Of a DNA stretch of 64,000 nt, positions 8,972-18,126 are shown piece by piece. Under the pieces are notes generated by a model that saw only the letters and a list, made by a program, of their open reading frames with translations, was not told where the DNA came from and made no database searches. A program made the position numbers and the translations under genes. This stretch comes from Candidatus Latescibacterota bacterium (GTDB lineage: Bacteria; Latescibacterota; UBA2968), in NCBI GenBank assembly GCA_965222605.1, contig OZ244960.1, positions 5,984,001 through 6,048,000 of the forward strand, in the 5' to 3' direction. Every line of letters starts with the position of its first letter. Position 1 is the stretch's first letter.

Positions 8972-10984
8972 ATGGCCATTCAGCTACGAGAGGACTGCCA
9001 AGAGAGAACCAGATCCATGACGCGCTCCGTGCTTCTCGGCCTCGGCCTGGTCGTCGGGATTGATGTGCTGGCTATCTATGTGAAATACCTGCTTCCCCGA
9101 GGCCCGATGATGGCCTACAGCCATGTGCCTATGGTCGTGCTAATCGGCTTTGTCCTGATGCTCCTGGCCGGAGCAGTTGTTGCGCGTGGAACGAGGCGGG
9201 CACTGTCGCCCTCGGAATGGCATACCATTCTGGCGATGGGAATGGTCGGGGCAGCGGTCCTGTTCTACGGGTATTCCGGCTACCTTATTTCCTACATGGG
9301 CGCGCCGCACTACTTCGCCACGGGTGAAAACGAATGGGCCAATTATCTGCACCCCTATATTGCAGAGTGGCTGTTTCCCGAAAACGAAGAGAAAGCGGTG
9401 ACCTGGTTCTGGGAGGGACTACCCAGGGGCGCGCAATTGCCGTGGGGGAAGTGGATCTTACCCCTGTTCTGGTGGGGCGGATTGACCGTTGCCGCTTTTG
9501 TCCTCTATGCCTGCGTCACCACCATCTTCCGCAAACAGTGGATACACTATGAAAAAGTGGCCTTTCCGGCTATGGCTCCGCTGGTCGAAATGGCCTCCAA
9601 TCCGGGAGATGGAAAGGGATTTCTCCCGGCGTTCACGCGGAATGCGCTCTTCTGGCTCGGCTTCTGGCTCGTCTTCGGGATGATCGCCTGGAACTGTGTC
9701 AACTACTTCATCCCCACCTTTCCCCAATTCCCCATCTACGCGCAAGGCAGTGCGGCACACCAGGGAGGGCGATGGATCTGGATCGATCGAAATTTTCCGC
9801 CTATCTACGGCATCCTCGATATTTTTACTATCTGCTTTTCCTATTTCGCAACTGTGGAAGTTCTGTTCAGCATCTGGTTTTTCGATCTGCTCTTTATCCT
9901 CGAAGGGGGCCTGCTCAACCGGATCGGATTTGTGGCTACTTCGCCCTATTACTACTCGGGGGTCTGCTTCTGGCAGACGAAGGGAGCCTTCTTCTTTCTG
10001 GTGCTTTCTACCATCTGGGCGGCGCGTTCGCAGATCCGGGATGTGTTTTGGAAGGCACTTGACTCCCAGGCCCCGGTTGACGATAGGGACGAACCGCTCT
10101 CCTACCGCACGGCTGTTGCAGGGTTGGCTATCAGCCTGATCTACATCTGGGTCTGGTTGATCCGGATCGGATTTGATCCTTTTCAGGCGGTACTTCTGAT
10201 CTTCGGGGCGATCTTCACCTATTTGGGATTGGCGAGAATCCTGTCCGATACAGGGTTGCCTTATGTCAACGCCCCCGTTTGGGGAGGATGGGGCCTGGTA
10301 AGCCCCTTTCTGGATGGAGGATCCATCCACGCGAACACCCGGGTAGCTGCACGGACCTCGGGCGTCCTGTTATCCAATTTCAAGGGATCCTTTTTACCCG
10401 CTCTCAGCCAGGCCGGACGGGTGGCTGAGGGCGTGCAGGTGGAAAGCCGGCGACAGCTCACAGGCGCGGTTTTTCTGGCTTTTGTGACGAGTGTGGTCAC
10501 ATGCGTGGTGGTGACACTTTATCTGGGTTATCGACACGGAGCACTGAACTTTACAGGTTGGGTGGCGATCGGATCCGGCAATGCGCACTACGATCGCACC
10601 GCGAAATCCGTCAGATCCTTTCTGATGCAGGATACCGATGCACCGATCTTCATAGAACATCCTGACCAGTTCGCCTTTTTTGTGCTCGGCGCGCTGGCTA
10701 CCGCGGCGCTCTTTCTTCTCAGGCGTCGGTTCCCGTGGTGGCCGCTTCATCCGGCGGGCCTCGCCATTTCAGGCTCTTTTCTGGCTCGACGGACGAGTTT
10801 GACGGTTCTTGTAGCCTGGCTGATCAAGTGGATTACCGTAAAGGTAGGGGGAGCATCCTCCTACCAGAAATCCCGGCCCCTGTTTCTGGGCCTGCTCGTC
10901 GGCTATGTCATGGGTGTCGTGTTATCGCTCTTCATTGACCTGATCTGGTTTCCCGAGCAGGGCCACATGGTCCATCGACTTTAG
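8972..10984 (+). CDS. Polytopic membrane protein, DUF6785/DUF6784-like putative transporter
   Basis: Many hydrophobic segments; RKQW..EK..FP and RRRFPWWPLHPAG motifs; start may be the ATG near 9017. Confidence 0.7.
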   Translation: MAIQLREDCQERTRSMTRSVLLGLGLVVGIDVLAIYVKYLLPRGPMMAYSHVPMVVLIGFVLMLLAGAVVARGTRRALSPSEWHTILAMGMVGAAVLFYGYSGYLISYMGAPHYFATGENEWANYLHPYIAEWLFPENEEKAVTWFWEGLPRGAQLPWGKWILPLFWWGGLTVAAFVLYACVTTIFRKQWIHYEKVAFPAMAPLVEMASNPGDGKGFLPAFTRNALFWLGFWLVFGMIAWNCVNYFIPTFPQFPIYAQGSAAHQGGRWIWIDRNFPPIYGILDIFTICFSYFATVEVLFSIWFFDLLFILEGGLLNRIGFVATSPYYYSGVCFWQTKGAFFFLVLSTIWAARSQIRDVFWKALDSQAPVDDRDEPLSYRTAVAGLAISLIYIWVWLIRIGFDPFQAVLLIFGAIFTYLGLARILSDTGLPYVNAPVWGGWGLVSPFLDGGSIHANTRVAARTSGVLLSNFKGSFLPALSQAGRVAEGVQVESRRQLTGAVFLAFVTSVVTCVVVTLYLGYRHGALNFTGWVAIGSGNAHYDRTAKSVRSFLMQDTDAPIFIEHPDQFAFFVLGALATAALFLLRRRFPWWPLHPAGLAISGSFLARRTSLTVLVAWLIKWITVKVGGASSYQKSRPLFLGLLVGYVMGVVLSLFIDLIWFPEQGHMVHRL

Positions 10985-11023
10985 GTTTCGCGTTTTCCAC
11001 CGCGGGTATCGGACGCACACAGC

Positions 11024-12739
11024 CTAATCCCGCGTCCTCCGTATAGACATGGTTTCCCCTTCTTTGATCACCAGTATTTTGTTGGAAGATGTCTCTTCAA
11101 TTCGATCTACTCTTCCCGATGGCCATCGGACCTCTACAAGGTCTATTCGTTCTCGCTTTCCCAATCCAAAGTGCAACCGCAGGTCGTTAGCCGACTGGTA
11201 GCTGGCTGCGCTGTGTACCTCCTTTACCTGCCGCAGATCGCCGGATATCACGGTTACCCGCGTCCCGATTCCGTCCCGATTGGAAAATTTTGAGTTTTTC
11301 TTTAGTTCCGGAACACTTCCTTCTCCAACCAGCCTCACTATCAGCCAGTTGTTCCGGTTGCCTCCTTCATTCCGCAGCAGATCTGGCCGATCGGCGACAT
11401 TGACGACCAGCAGATCGACATCTCCGTCGTTGTCGATATCCCCCGCAGCCGTTCCCCGGCTCGATTTGAGAATGCTCAAACCAGGGCCGAAGCGTACCGA
11501 AGCATCCAGGAATTTCCCGTTACCCGTATTCTCGAAGAGCTTATTGCGCTGTTTGTAGGGAGACACGTCGGAGATAAGCTCGATGTTGTCCAGGACATGC
11601 CCGTTCGCGGCAAAGGCATCGACATCTCCATCGTTGTCCGCGTCTAAGAAGACCAGTCCGAATGTCAGGTCATTCAGTGTTGAGGCTAGGCCCGCTGTCT
11701 TCGTCGCATCCGTAAATGTTTCATCTCCGTTGTTCAGGTAGAGGGTATTTGTCTCCGTTGATAGGTGCCCGATCAGGATATCCGAATAGTCGTTCCCATC
11801 TACGTCCGCGATATCCACTCCCATTCCCGCTTCGGCGTGGCCCATCTCGTTGAATGACACGCCAGACAGCAGGGCGATTTCCTCAAATGTTCCGTCGCCG
11901 AGATTGGCAAAGAGGTAGTTCTCCATCGAATCGTTGGCCACATAGATATCCAGGTCTCCGTCGTTGTCGTAGTCGGTGCCCACCACTCCCAGTCCTCTCG
12001 CTCCCGGTCGGTAGATACCGGACTCGCGGGTTACATCTGTAAAGGTTCCATCTCCTTCGTTCCGGTAGAGCACGTCTGGAACTCCCGGGTAGATATCCGG
12101 GTGGCAATAGCCCAGCGTGGTTGTCCCGGGTATTCTGCAGTCCCTATCGCTTTTTAGAGTACAATCGATATAGTTGACCAGATAGAGGTCGAGGTCTCCG
12201 TCCCGGTCATAGTCGAGGAACATCGCGGTACTACCCCAGCGCGCATCCCCCACTCCGGTCCGGGTGGTCACATCCACAAAGGTTCCGTTTCCTTCATTGC
12301 GGTAAAGCACATTGGGGCCGAAGTTGGTCACGTAAAGATCCAGGTCCCCGTCGTTATTGTAATCTCCCACCGCACATCCCATACCGTAGCCCGGATCGCC
12401 CGTTGCTGACACTGCCGTCACATCCGTAAACCGCCACTCTCCGTCGTTTCTGTAAAGGCGGTTGGTCGGTATCACAGTCGTCTGATAGCCCGGTAGCGGT
12501 GCGCCATTGATCAGGTAGATGTCCAGATCCCCGTCGCCGTCGTAATCGAATAGCCCACAGCCAGGACCCATTGTCTCTACTTCGTACTTCCTGCCACTAG
12601 CTCCGTTGACGTGGATGAAGTCAATGCCCGCCTGGACAGATACCTCCACAAATTGCACCTCCTGGCACCAAACATCGAATACCCAGAAGAATAGAACGAT
12701 TCCAGTACAGAGTTTCATCCATACTCCTTGCGCTAACAA
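11024..12739 (-). CDS. CRTAC1/ASPIC-UnbV family FG-GAP repeat protein
   Basis: Repeated DYDxDGDLDxY motifs; C-terminal SYQSANDLRLHFGLG...VEVRWPSG; signal peptide; probable start at the ATG near 12718. Confidence 0.9.
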   Translation of the reverse strand: MLAQGVWMKLCTGIVLFFWVFDVWCQEVQFVEVSVQAGIDFIHVNGASGRKYEVETMGPGCGLFDYDGDGDLDIYLINGAPLPGYQTTVIPTNRLYRNDGEWRFTDVTAVSATGDPGYGMGCAVGDYNNDGDLDLYVTNFGPNVLYRNEGNGTFVDVTTRTGVGDARWGSTAMFLDYDRDGDLDLYLVNYIDCTLKSDRDCRIPGTTTLGYCHPDIYPGVPDVLYRNEGDGTFTDVTRESGIYRPGARGLGVVGTDYDNDGDLDIYVANDSMENYLFANLGDGTFEEIALLSGVSFNEMGHAEAGMGVDIADVDGNDYSDILIGHLSTETNTLYLNNGDETFTDATKTAGLASTLNDLTFGLVFLDADNDGDVDAFAANGHVLDNIELISDVSPYKQRNKLFENTGNGKFLDASVRFGPGLSILKSSRGTAAGDIDNDGDVDLLVVNVADRPDLLRNEGGNRNNWLIVRLVGEGSVPELKKNSKFSNRDGIGTRVTVISGDLRQVKEVHSAASYQSANDLRLHFGLGKRERIDLVEVRWPSGRVDRIEETSSNKILVIKEGETMSIRRTRD

Positions 12740-13124
12740 GTGGCGAGGTTGGTCAAGTATCGCTATTTCAACATGACCTGGGGATCGCTCTCATACGCAG
12801 AATCTATTTGAACCAGACGCTCTAAAGTCAGAGCGAATAATGCAAAATCTTAACTACAAATAATTATTGCAAATCAGGCGGTTCATTATCGGCATTATTA
12901 ATTTCTTTTATCCCGGAAGCGCTGAGAAACTTTTCTGCCAGCGGTCCAAAATGATCTTCTCTTGATTTTGTGTGTCATGTTTGCGAATTTATGGATAGGA
13001 AATCCCTTTGTCAATCCCTGTTTCCATTCCGCCCAGGCGCCTCGGGTTAGAGGGATTGAACGATTGTTGACTTATTCTTTTGAACCGCGGTCACTTTTCA
13101 CCTGAAGAAACATGGAGGTGTATT

Positions 13125-14405
13125 ATGATGCTCAAAGAGATAACAAATTTTGCTCCGGCATTGACGGACGAGACATTTGCAGAGTTGTTCGAAGCCTGTC
13201 GGCCCCAAAGAGAACGCTGGACAGATATCCCCTGGATCGGGGAACTCTGGGAGGGACGACAGAAGGCGGCGCGCGAGGAGAAGCCATTGTTCATCTGGGC
13301 GATGAACGGCCACCCTCTGGGTTGTACGTGAAATAATGGGGTTACGGGCCGTGCGCTCGTTTTTTCAGATCCGCGCGTGATCGCGCTTGTGAACGAACGG
13401 TTTATCCCGGTGGCTGTGAACAATTCCCGGTTGCAGCGACAAGCCGATGAAGAGGGCCGATTTTTGCGCTTGATCGCCTGGCAGGGGCGGTACGGGTATT
13501 CTTTTGAGGAAGCTCAGGCCCGGTTGGAGGCTATCGATCACGGGCTGAATCATCAAGGTCTATATGTAACAACGACAGAGGGAGAGGTGTTGGGCAGCCG
13601 CAACAGACTGTTTCCGGGTGGCAAGGTCCATGTTCAGAGTGTGGGTAGCGATCCAGACCGGTTTTTGTGGATGTTGAGACGGGCGCTGGTAAACTGGGAG
13701 AACCGCAAGACTCAGCGCGAGGCATTGGAAGTCGAAGATCTGGCGTATCGGGATCCCACATTTAGCTGGACGGCGTATCCGGAAGATGGGCTGGTTTTGC
13801 ATCTGGGTGTTAGGGACCTGCCCCGGCTGGTAGATACGCGGCCTCCGGGAATGAAGCGAGAGGCGCACAATCAGGATTACGTCTGGTTCCGACGGGAAGA
13901 GATGCTGTCTATGGTTCCACCGGATACGGCTGTGGGCGATGTTATTCCCATGCCCGAGGGGTTGGTCAGGCGGCTGGTGCGTTATCATCTGGCGGATTAT
14001 GTTCGGGGGGAAACGTCTTCGTGGTCGTCCGAGGCGATTCGGGATGCGTCTATGACGTTGACAGTGACTGATAAGACGCCAGAATGGGTGGATTTAAGGC
14101 TTTCCGGATCCGCGCGGTTGTTCGCGGAGGGGAGTTGGTACGAGGGTGCGTGTCAAAATCGGGGGCTGGATGCATCGCTTCTGGGATATTTGCGTTTTGA
14201 TCGGTCTGAGGAACGGTTCGTGCGATTCGATGTGGTGGCGGTGGGATCGCGGTGGGGCGGCACGGATTACAATGTACGGCAGGACGATTTGGAGCCTGCG
14301 CCGATCGGGATTGCGATGACGATTGCCGGGTCTGAGGCGAAGGATCGCACAGCGCCGCATGCGTGCCAGAGTCGAGGTGGTCTGAAATGGTATTTTAATG
14401 CGTGA
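13125..14405 (+). CDS. Candidate selenoprotein, thioredoxin-like N-terminal domain with C-T-U motif (UGA at 13329-13331), 426 aa if read through
   Basis: RBS GGAGGT at 13114-13119; ORFs 13080..13331 and 13377..14405 are in one frame, separated only by one TGA and 15 sense codons: GHPLGCT*NNGVTGRALVFSDPRVIALVNERFIPVAVN. Confidence 0.75.
13344..13360 (+). promoter_or_regulatory. Putative bacterial SECIS hairpin
   Basis: ACGGGC-CGTGC-GCTCGT stem-loop starting 12 nt after the UGA; apical loop 18 nt from the UGA with G then U near its 5' side. Confidence 0.55.
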
Positions 14406-14420
14406 TTTGATAGCCGGGAT

Positions 14421-15374
14421 GTGTTTTGTCGCATTTTGGGAGGGATGATGATACGGTGCGAACGCAGAGCAGAACTCGAGATCGAAACACCGCACCTTTG
14501 CGCGACGGTGCGGACAGAGGGGTACGTGAGCGGGATCAAAAGCAGATCGTTTGTAGATAAACGGACGGGCGCGACCGATCTGGGTTCGGGCCTGCACATT
14601 ATGGACTTTCTGCTCGTGCCGGGGTGGGGAGATGCAGAACAAAATCGGATCTACGACGGGAATCTGCCCAAGCGCGTGGTGGAAGGTCCCCAGATCTGTA
14701 CGCGGGCACGGCGGCTGGACTATGAGGTTATCCGGGGCGAAGCGTTTCTGGCCGTGCGGCAGTGGTTTACGTTCACGAGCGTGGTTGAAGGTTTCCAGGC
14801 CGGGTCGCGGTGGGAGCAGACGTTGCTATTTCTGCCAGATACGCGGTACGTGCTTTCGTGCGAACGGATCACCTGCGTCAATAGTGCGGACTGTCTGTTT
14901 TACCGGATCGACATGCCCGGCCACCTGCACCACAAGGGTGGAGACACTTTTACGCGGATTTACCTGAGCTACCACGGGTACATCGAGTCTTCAGAATTCC
15001 TGACGGATTTCCCCCCGGACGAAGGGTTCCTCTATCAGCGCAAAGATCACGATATTCCCGATCGGATTATCCGGGCGTATGAACAACGGAAAGAGGGCGG
15101 CACGGCCGTGTGGCTGGCGGGGATGACGCTGGACCCAGCGGCGGTGTACGAGGCGTGGTGCCACCAGCGGGGTTACGTCTGTTTCATCCAGGAACTGCAC
15201 GGTCGGAAGGTGACGGCAGGGGACGCGATCGGGGCCGCCTATGTGGTGGGATATTTCGATTCGGTGGCTGAGATGAATGCGGTCTATGACCAGTATCGAG
15301 GGGTGCGCTCGATTGCGGTAGATGAAAAGGGATACACCCTGCTGAATGAGGTAGAGAAAGCCGATGGGATTTAG
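14421..15374 (+). CDS. Hypothetical protein (galactose-mutarotase-like beta-sandwich fold possible)
   Basis: Long ORF co-oriented with the upstream gene; likely start at the ATG near 14445; no confident family motif. Confidence 0.6.
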   Translation: MFCRILGGMMIRCERRAELEIETPHLCATVRTEGYVSGIKSRSFVDKRTGATDLGSGLHIMDFLLVPGWGDAEQNRIYDGNLPKRVVEGPQICTRARRLDYEVIRGEAFLAVRQWFTFTSVVEGFQAGSRWEQTLLFLPDTRYVLSCERITCVNSADCLFYRIDMPGHLHHKGGDTFTRIYLSYHGYIESSEFLTDFPPDEGFLYQRKDHDIPDRIIRAYEQRKEGGTAVWLAGMTLDPAAVYEAWCHQRGYVCFIQELHGRKVTAGDAIGAAYVVGYFDSVAEMNAVYDQYRGVRSIAVDEKGYTLLNEVEKADGI

Positions 15375-15385
15375 AGCCATCGGCT
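15359..15385. terminator. Hairpin between convergent genes
   Basis: AGCCGATGG / CCATCGGCT 9-bp inverted repeat spanning the stop codon at 15374; no U-tract. Confidence 0.3.
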
Positions 15386-15480
15386 CAACCACCCTCAATA
15401 AACTCACCGCCTATGTCTGTAGCAATCTGCGTCCAGATTTCGTCCTTGGAAGGGCCGAAAGCAGATCTGAGAATACCCAT
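15385..15480 (-). pseudogene. Truncated 5' fragment of a hypothetical gene (MGILRSAFGPSKDEIW...)
   Basis: RBS GGAGG then ATG; ORF stops after about 31 aa; a second decayed copy lies at ~19609-19690. Confidence 0.45.
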
Positions 15481-15689
15481 CTTTTCCTCCATAGTTGAAA
15501 CGCCTGATAATCCCACAAATAGCCAATCGCTTCCGCGATCTACTTCAATTGTCCCTCTATCCAATCCATCCACTTTACAAGCTGTGAAAGGTATATAGAT
15601 ACCCTCTCGTTTGAAGAGTGTGTCAGGTGGATGTACAACTCTTCGGTCTCATCGAGAAAGTCGGTCCACTGTGGATATGACGTCTTTAA
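15400..15689. repeat. Diverged direct repeat, copy 1 (~290 bp)
   Basis: Aligns by eye with 19609-19892 (shared blocks aatctgcgtccagatt, taatcccacaaatag, atcgcttccgcgatctacttc, ctctatccaatccatccactt). Confidence 0.85.
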
Positions 15690-16349
15690 CACCGGTATTG
15701 TGTCAATGCCTTTAAGCGAACGAAAGCGTCCTTGTGCCATCAAGAGACAAGCCCCGCCTAATACGCTAAGGCGTGCCAACTTGCGGAGTTTTAGTCGTGT
15801 CTCATCGGGGAGAGAAAAGTCTGTTTTATTTTCCTTTTCTAATCTCGCTACATATCGAGTAAGATCCAAAGCTGGCTGAAAATATTCTCGCACCCACGAT
15901 GGAGTGAGAATCGGTAATTCGAACTCTCCTGTAAGATCACGTCCCCAAACAAGTGTGGCATCATAATGTAAACGAAATCCAAATGCTTGATGCCGTGACC
16001 GCAAGTCTTTGTTCGCCCCCGGTTGTCTGCCCTGCAAGACATCATCAATTGAACGGGGTAGGCGGAGTCCGGACACACCGGGCAACTCGCGATTAAGTTT
16101 TTCCTGCGTTTCTCTGCACCATTGGTGGTCAGTTTTTCTTAACGGTCCCTCAATGAAGGGATACAAATCAAGATCGGAAATGCCTGGAATGGCTTCATTT
16201 CTGTGAACACTGCCCCATACATAGATTGAAATGAGTCTCTCTGCAAAGTGGGCATGGTACTCCAAAATATGGTGCTGAATAAGTTGCACGAAGTATTGAT
16301 CGTCAAATAGATGTAAATTTTTGTATTTATCAGAGGTATTCAGTTTCAT
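15540..16349 (-). CDS. Nucleotidyltransferase domain protein (Pol-beta superfamily)
   Basis: SIYVWGSVHRNEAIPGISDLDL matches hG[GS]x(9-13)DhD. Confidence 0.75.
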   Translation of the reverse strand: MKLNTSDKYKNLHLFDDQYFVQLIQHHILEYHAHFAERLISIYVWGSVHRNEAIPGISDLDLYPFIEGPLRKTDHQWCRETQEKLNRELPGVSGLRLPRSIDDVLQGRQPGANKDLRSRHQAFGFRLHYDATLVWGRDLTGEFELPILTPSWVREYFQPALDLTRYVARLEKENKTDFSLPDETRLKLRKLARLSVLGGACLLMAQGRFRSLKGIDTIPVLKTSYPQWTDFLDETEELYIHLTHSSNERVSIYLSQLVKWMDWIEGQLK

Positions 16350-16546
16350 AAAGCGGCTACCTTTAGGCCAAATAGCAAATAGAACGGATAAAGTAAATTT
16401 AGATTACAAATATGTGTAAATCAAGTTTTCAGTCCAATCAGCGTATTGGCATCATCTGGCGAAGTGATGTGGGAACGCCAGACCAGAAATACATGTCTAA
16501 TGATTCAGGACCGAGGAGAGTAACCGATCTACCGGATAAATGAAAA

Positions 16547-18109
16547 ATGACCAGAACCACACATAAATCGCCTATTTCTATTGACCGGAGGGATTTTATT
16601 CACCTGGCCGGGCTCGGCGCAATGGGTGCGCTTGTTCTGGGGCTGGATGTTCCAGTTGTCGCACAAAAACAACCCAATTTTATTTTTATGCTTTCTGACG
16701 ATCAGGGTTGGGATGGCCTTTCGGTACAGATGGACGATGCGATTTCCGGATCAAAGAGCGACTTTTATCAAACGCCCAATTTGGAGAAATTTGCACAACA
16801 GGGCATGCGTTTTTCGGCTGCTTATTCGCCTTCGCCTGTCTGTTCGCCAACGCGATGTAGTCTTCAAACGGGCAAGAGTCCGGCGCAGAACCGCTGGACA
16901 AAGGCAGCCCCAATTAAGACCGCCGCAGATGGCTATAAACTCATCCCGCCGATGCATGGCAAAAATCTCTCCAATAGTGAGACGACAATTGCTAAAATGT
17001 TGAAACAGGCCGGTTATGCCACAGCACATTATGGCAAATGGCATCTCGGTGGCGGTGGTCCTGGAAACCACGGGTATGACGTACACGATGGAAATACAGG
17101 GAATAGGGATGCGGCTCCTTTTATCGATCCCAATCCGGTAGATATCTTCGGTATGTCCAGGCGTGCCAATGCGTTTATGGAGGAGAATACAGAAGCTGGC
17201 AAGCCGTTTTTTATTCAGTTGTCTTATTATGCTCTGCATTATCCTCAGAATGCACTGGCAAGTACGAGGCAGGCATACGAAAATCGACCGAAAGGGCGCG
17301 TCCATCGGGATGTCAACCGCGCGGCTATTACTGAAGACCTGGATACAGGTGTGGGTATGATCATGGATCAAGTTGAGAAACTCGGCATAGGTGGTCACAC
17401 GTATCTGATTTATATGTCCGATAATGGTGCTGGCGGCAACCGGGGTGTATTGCGCGGTGGGAAGGGGTCTTTGTGGGAAGGTGGTATTCGTGTGCCGTTG
17501 ATCATCCAGGGACCTGGTATAGAGCCAAATACATTATGTCACGAACGCGTGGTCGGCTTCGATCTGTTTCCCACGCTTTGCGAATTGGGAGGTGTGAGCC
17601 AGTCTCTGCCTGCAGGTATTGAGGGCGGTAGCATCACGTCGTTATTATCTGGTGGCAAGGGCGCGGTCGAGAGACCTCATGAGGAACTCGTTTTCCATTT
17701 CCCACATTATCAAAGTGCAGATGGACCGCATTCAGCTATTGTGCAAGGCGATCTCAAGTTGATCAAGTTTTACGAGACCGATGACGTGCGATTATACGAT
17801 TTGGTCAATGATATCGGAGAACAAAATGACCTGTCCAAAGATATGGGGGAAAAAGCGATGCACCTGCGCGAACGCCTCGAACAGTATCTCGATTCAGTTG
17901 ACGCTCAGATGCCTGTGCCCAATCCGAATTATGGGACAGACAAGTCAAGTGATTTTAATGGTGATGGTCAAATTGATCTCCGGGATTTTCTCGAATTTGC
18001 CAGAGCTTATGGGTCGGAGGAAGCCCGGTTTGATCTGGACAATAGCGGGCGTGTGGATTTTGCCGATTTTTTGAAGTTTGTACAGGATTTTGGAGATGGT
18101 GGGAATTAA
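16547..18109 (+). CDS. Tat-exported sulfatase (S1) with C-terminal dockerin-like/EF-hand repeats
   Basis: DRRDFI Tat motif; PNFIFMLSDDQG; CSPTR formylglycine motif; GKWHLG; tail DFNGDGQIDLRDF...DLDNSGRVDFADF. Confidence 0.9.
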   Translation: MTRTTHKSPISIDRRDFIHLAGLGAMGALVLGLDVPVVAQKQPNFIFMLSDDQGWDGLSVQMDDAISGSKSDFYQTPNLEKFAQQGMRFSAAYSPSPVCSPTRCSLQTGKSPAQNRWTKAAPIKTAADGYKLIPPMHGKNLSNSETTIAKMLKQAGYATAHYGKWHLGGGGPGNHGYDVHDGNTGNRDAAPFIDPNPVDIFGMSRRANAFMEENTEAGKPFFIQLSYYALHYPQNALASTRQAYENRPKGRVHRDVNRAAITEDLDTGVGMIMDQVEKLGIGGHTYLIYMSDNGAGGNRGVLRGGKGSLWEGGIRVPLIIQGPGIEPNTLCHERVVGFDLFPTLCELGGVSQSLPAGIEGGSITSLLSGGKGAVERPHEELVFHFPHYQSADGPHSAIVQGDLKLIKFYETDDVRLYDLVNDIGEQNDLSKDMGEKAMHLRERLEQYLDSVDAQMPVPNPNYGTDKSSDFNGDGQIDLRDFLEFARAYGSEEARFDLDNSGRVDFADFLKFVQDFGDGGN

Positions 18110-18126
18110 CAAAGAGGAGTGGCTCA

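Noticed and set aside
11300-12600. Recurring gtcgtt/gtcccc...tagtc nucleotide repeats
   Set aside because: They encode the FG-GAP DxDxDGD protein repeats, not a DNA repeat element
13080-13377. Two separate genes (83 aa and 342 aa) as in the ORF track
   Set aside because: Same frame, continuous thioredoxin-like pattern across the TGA and no clear RBS for the second; read-through explains it better
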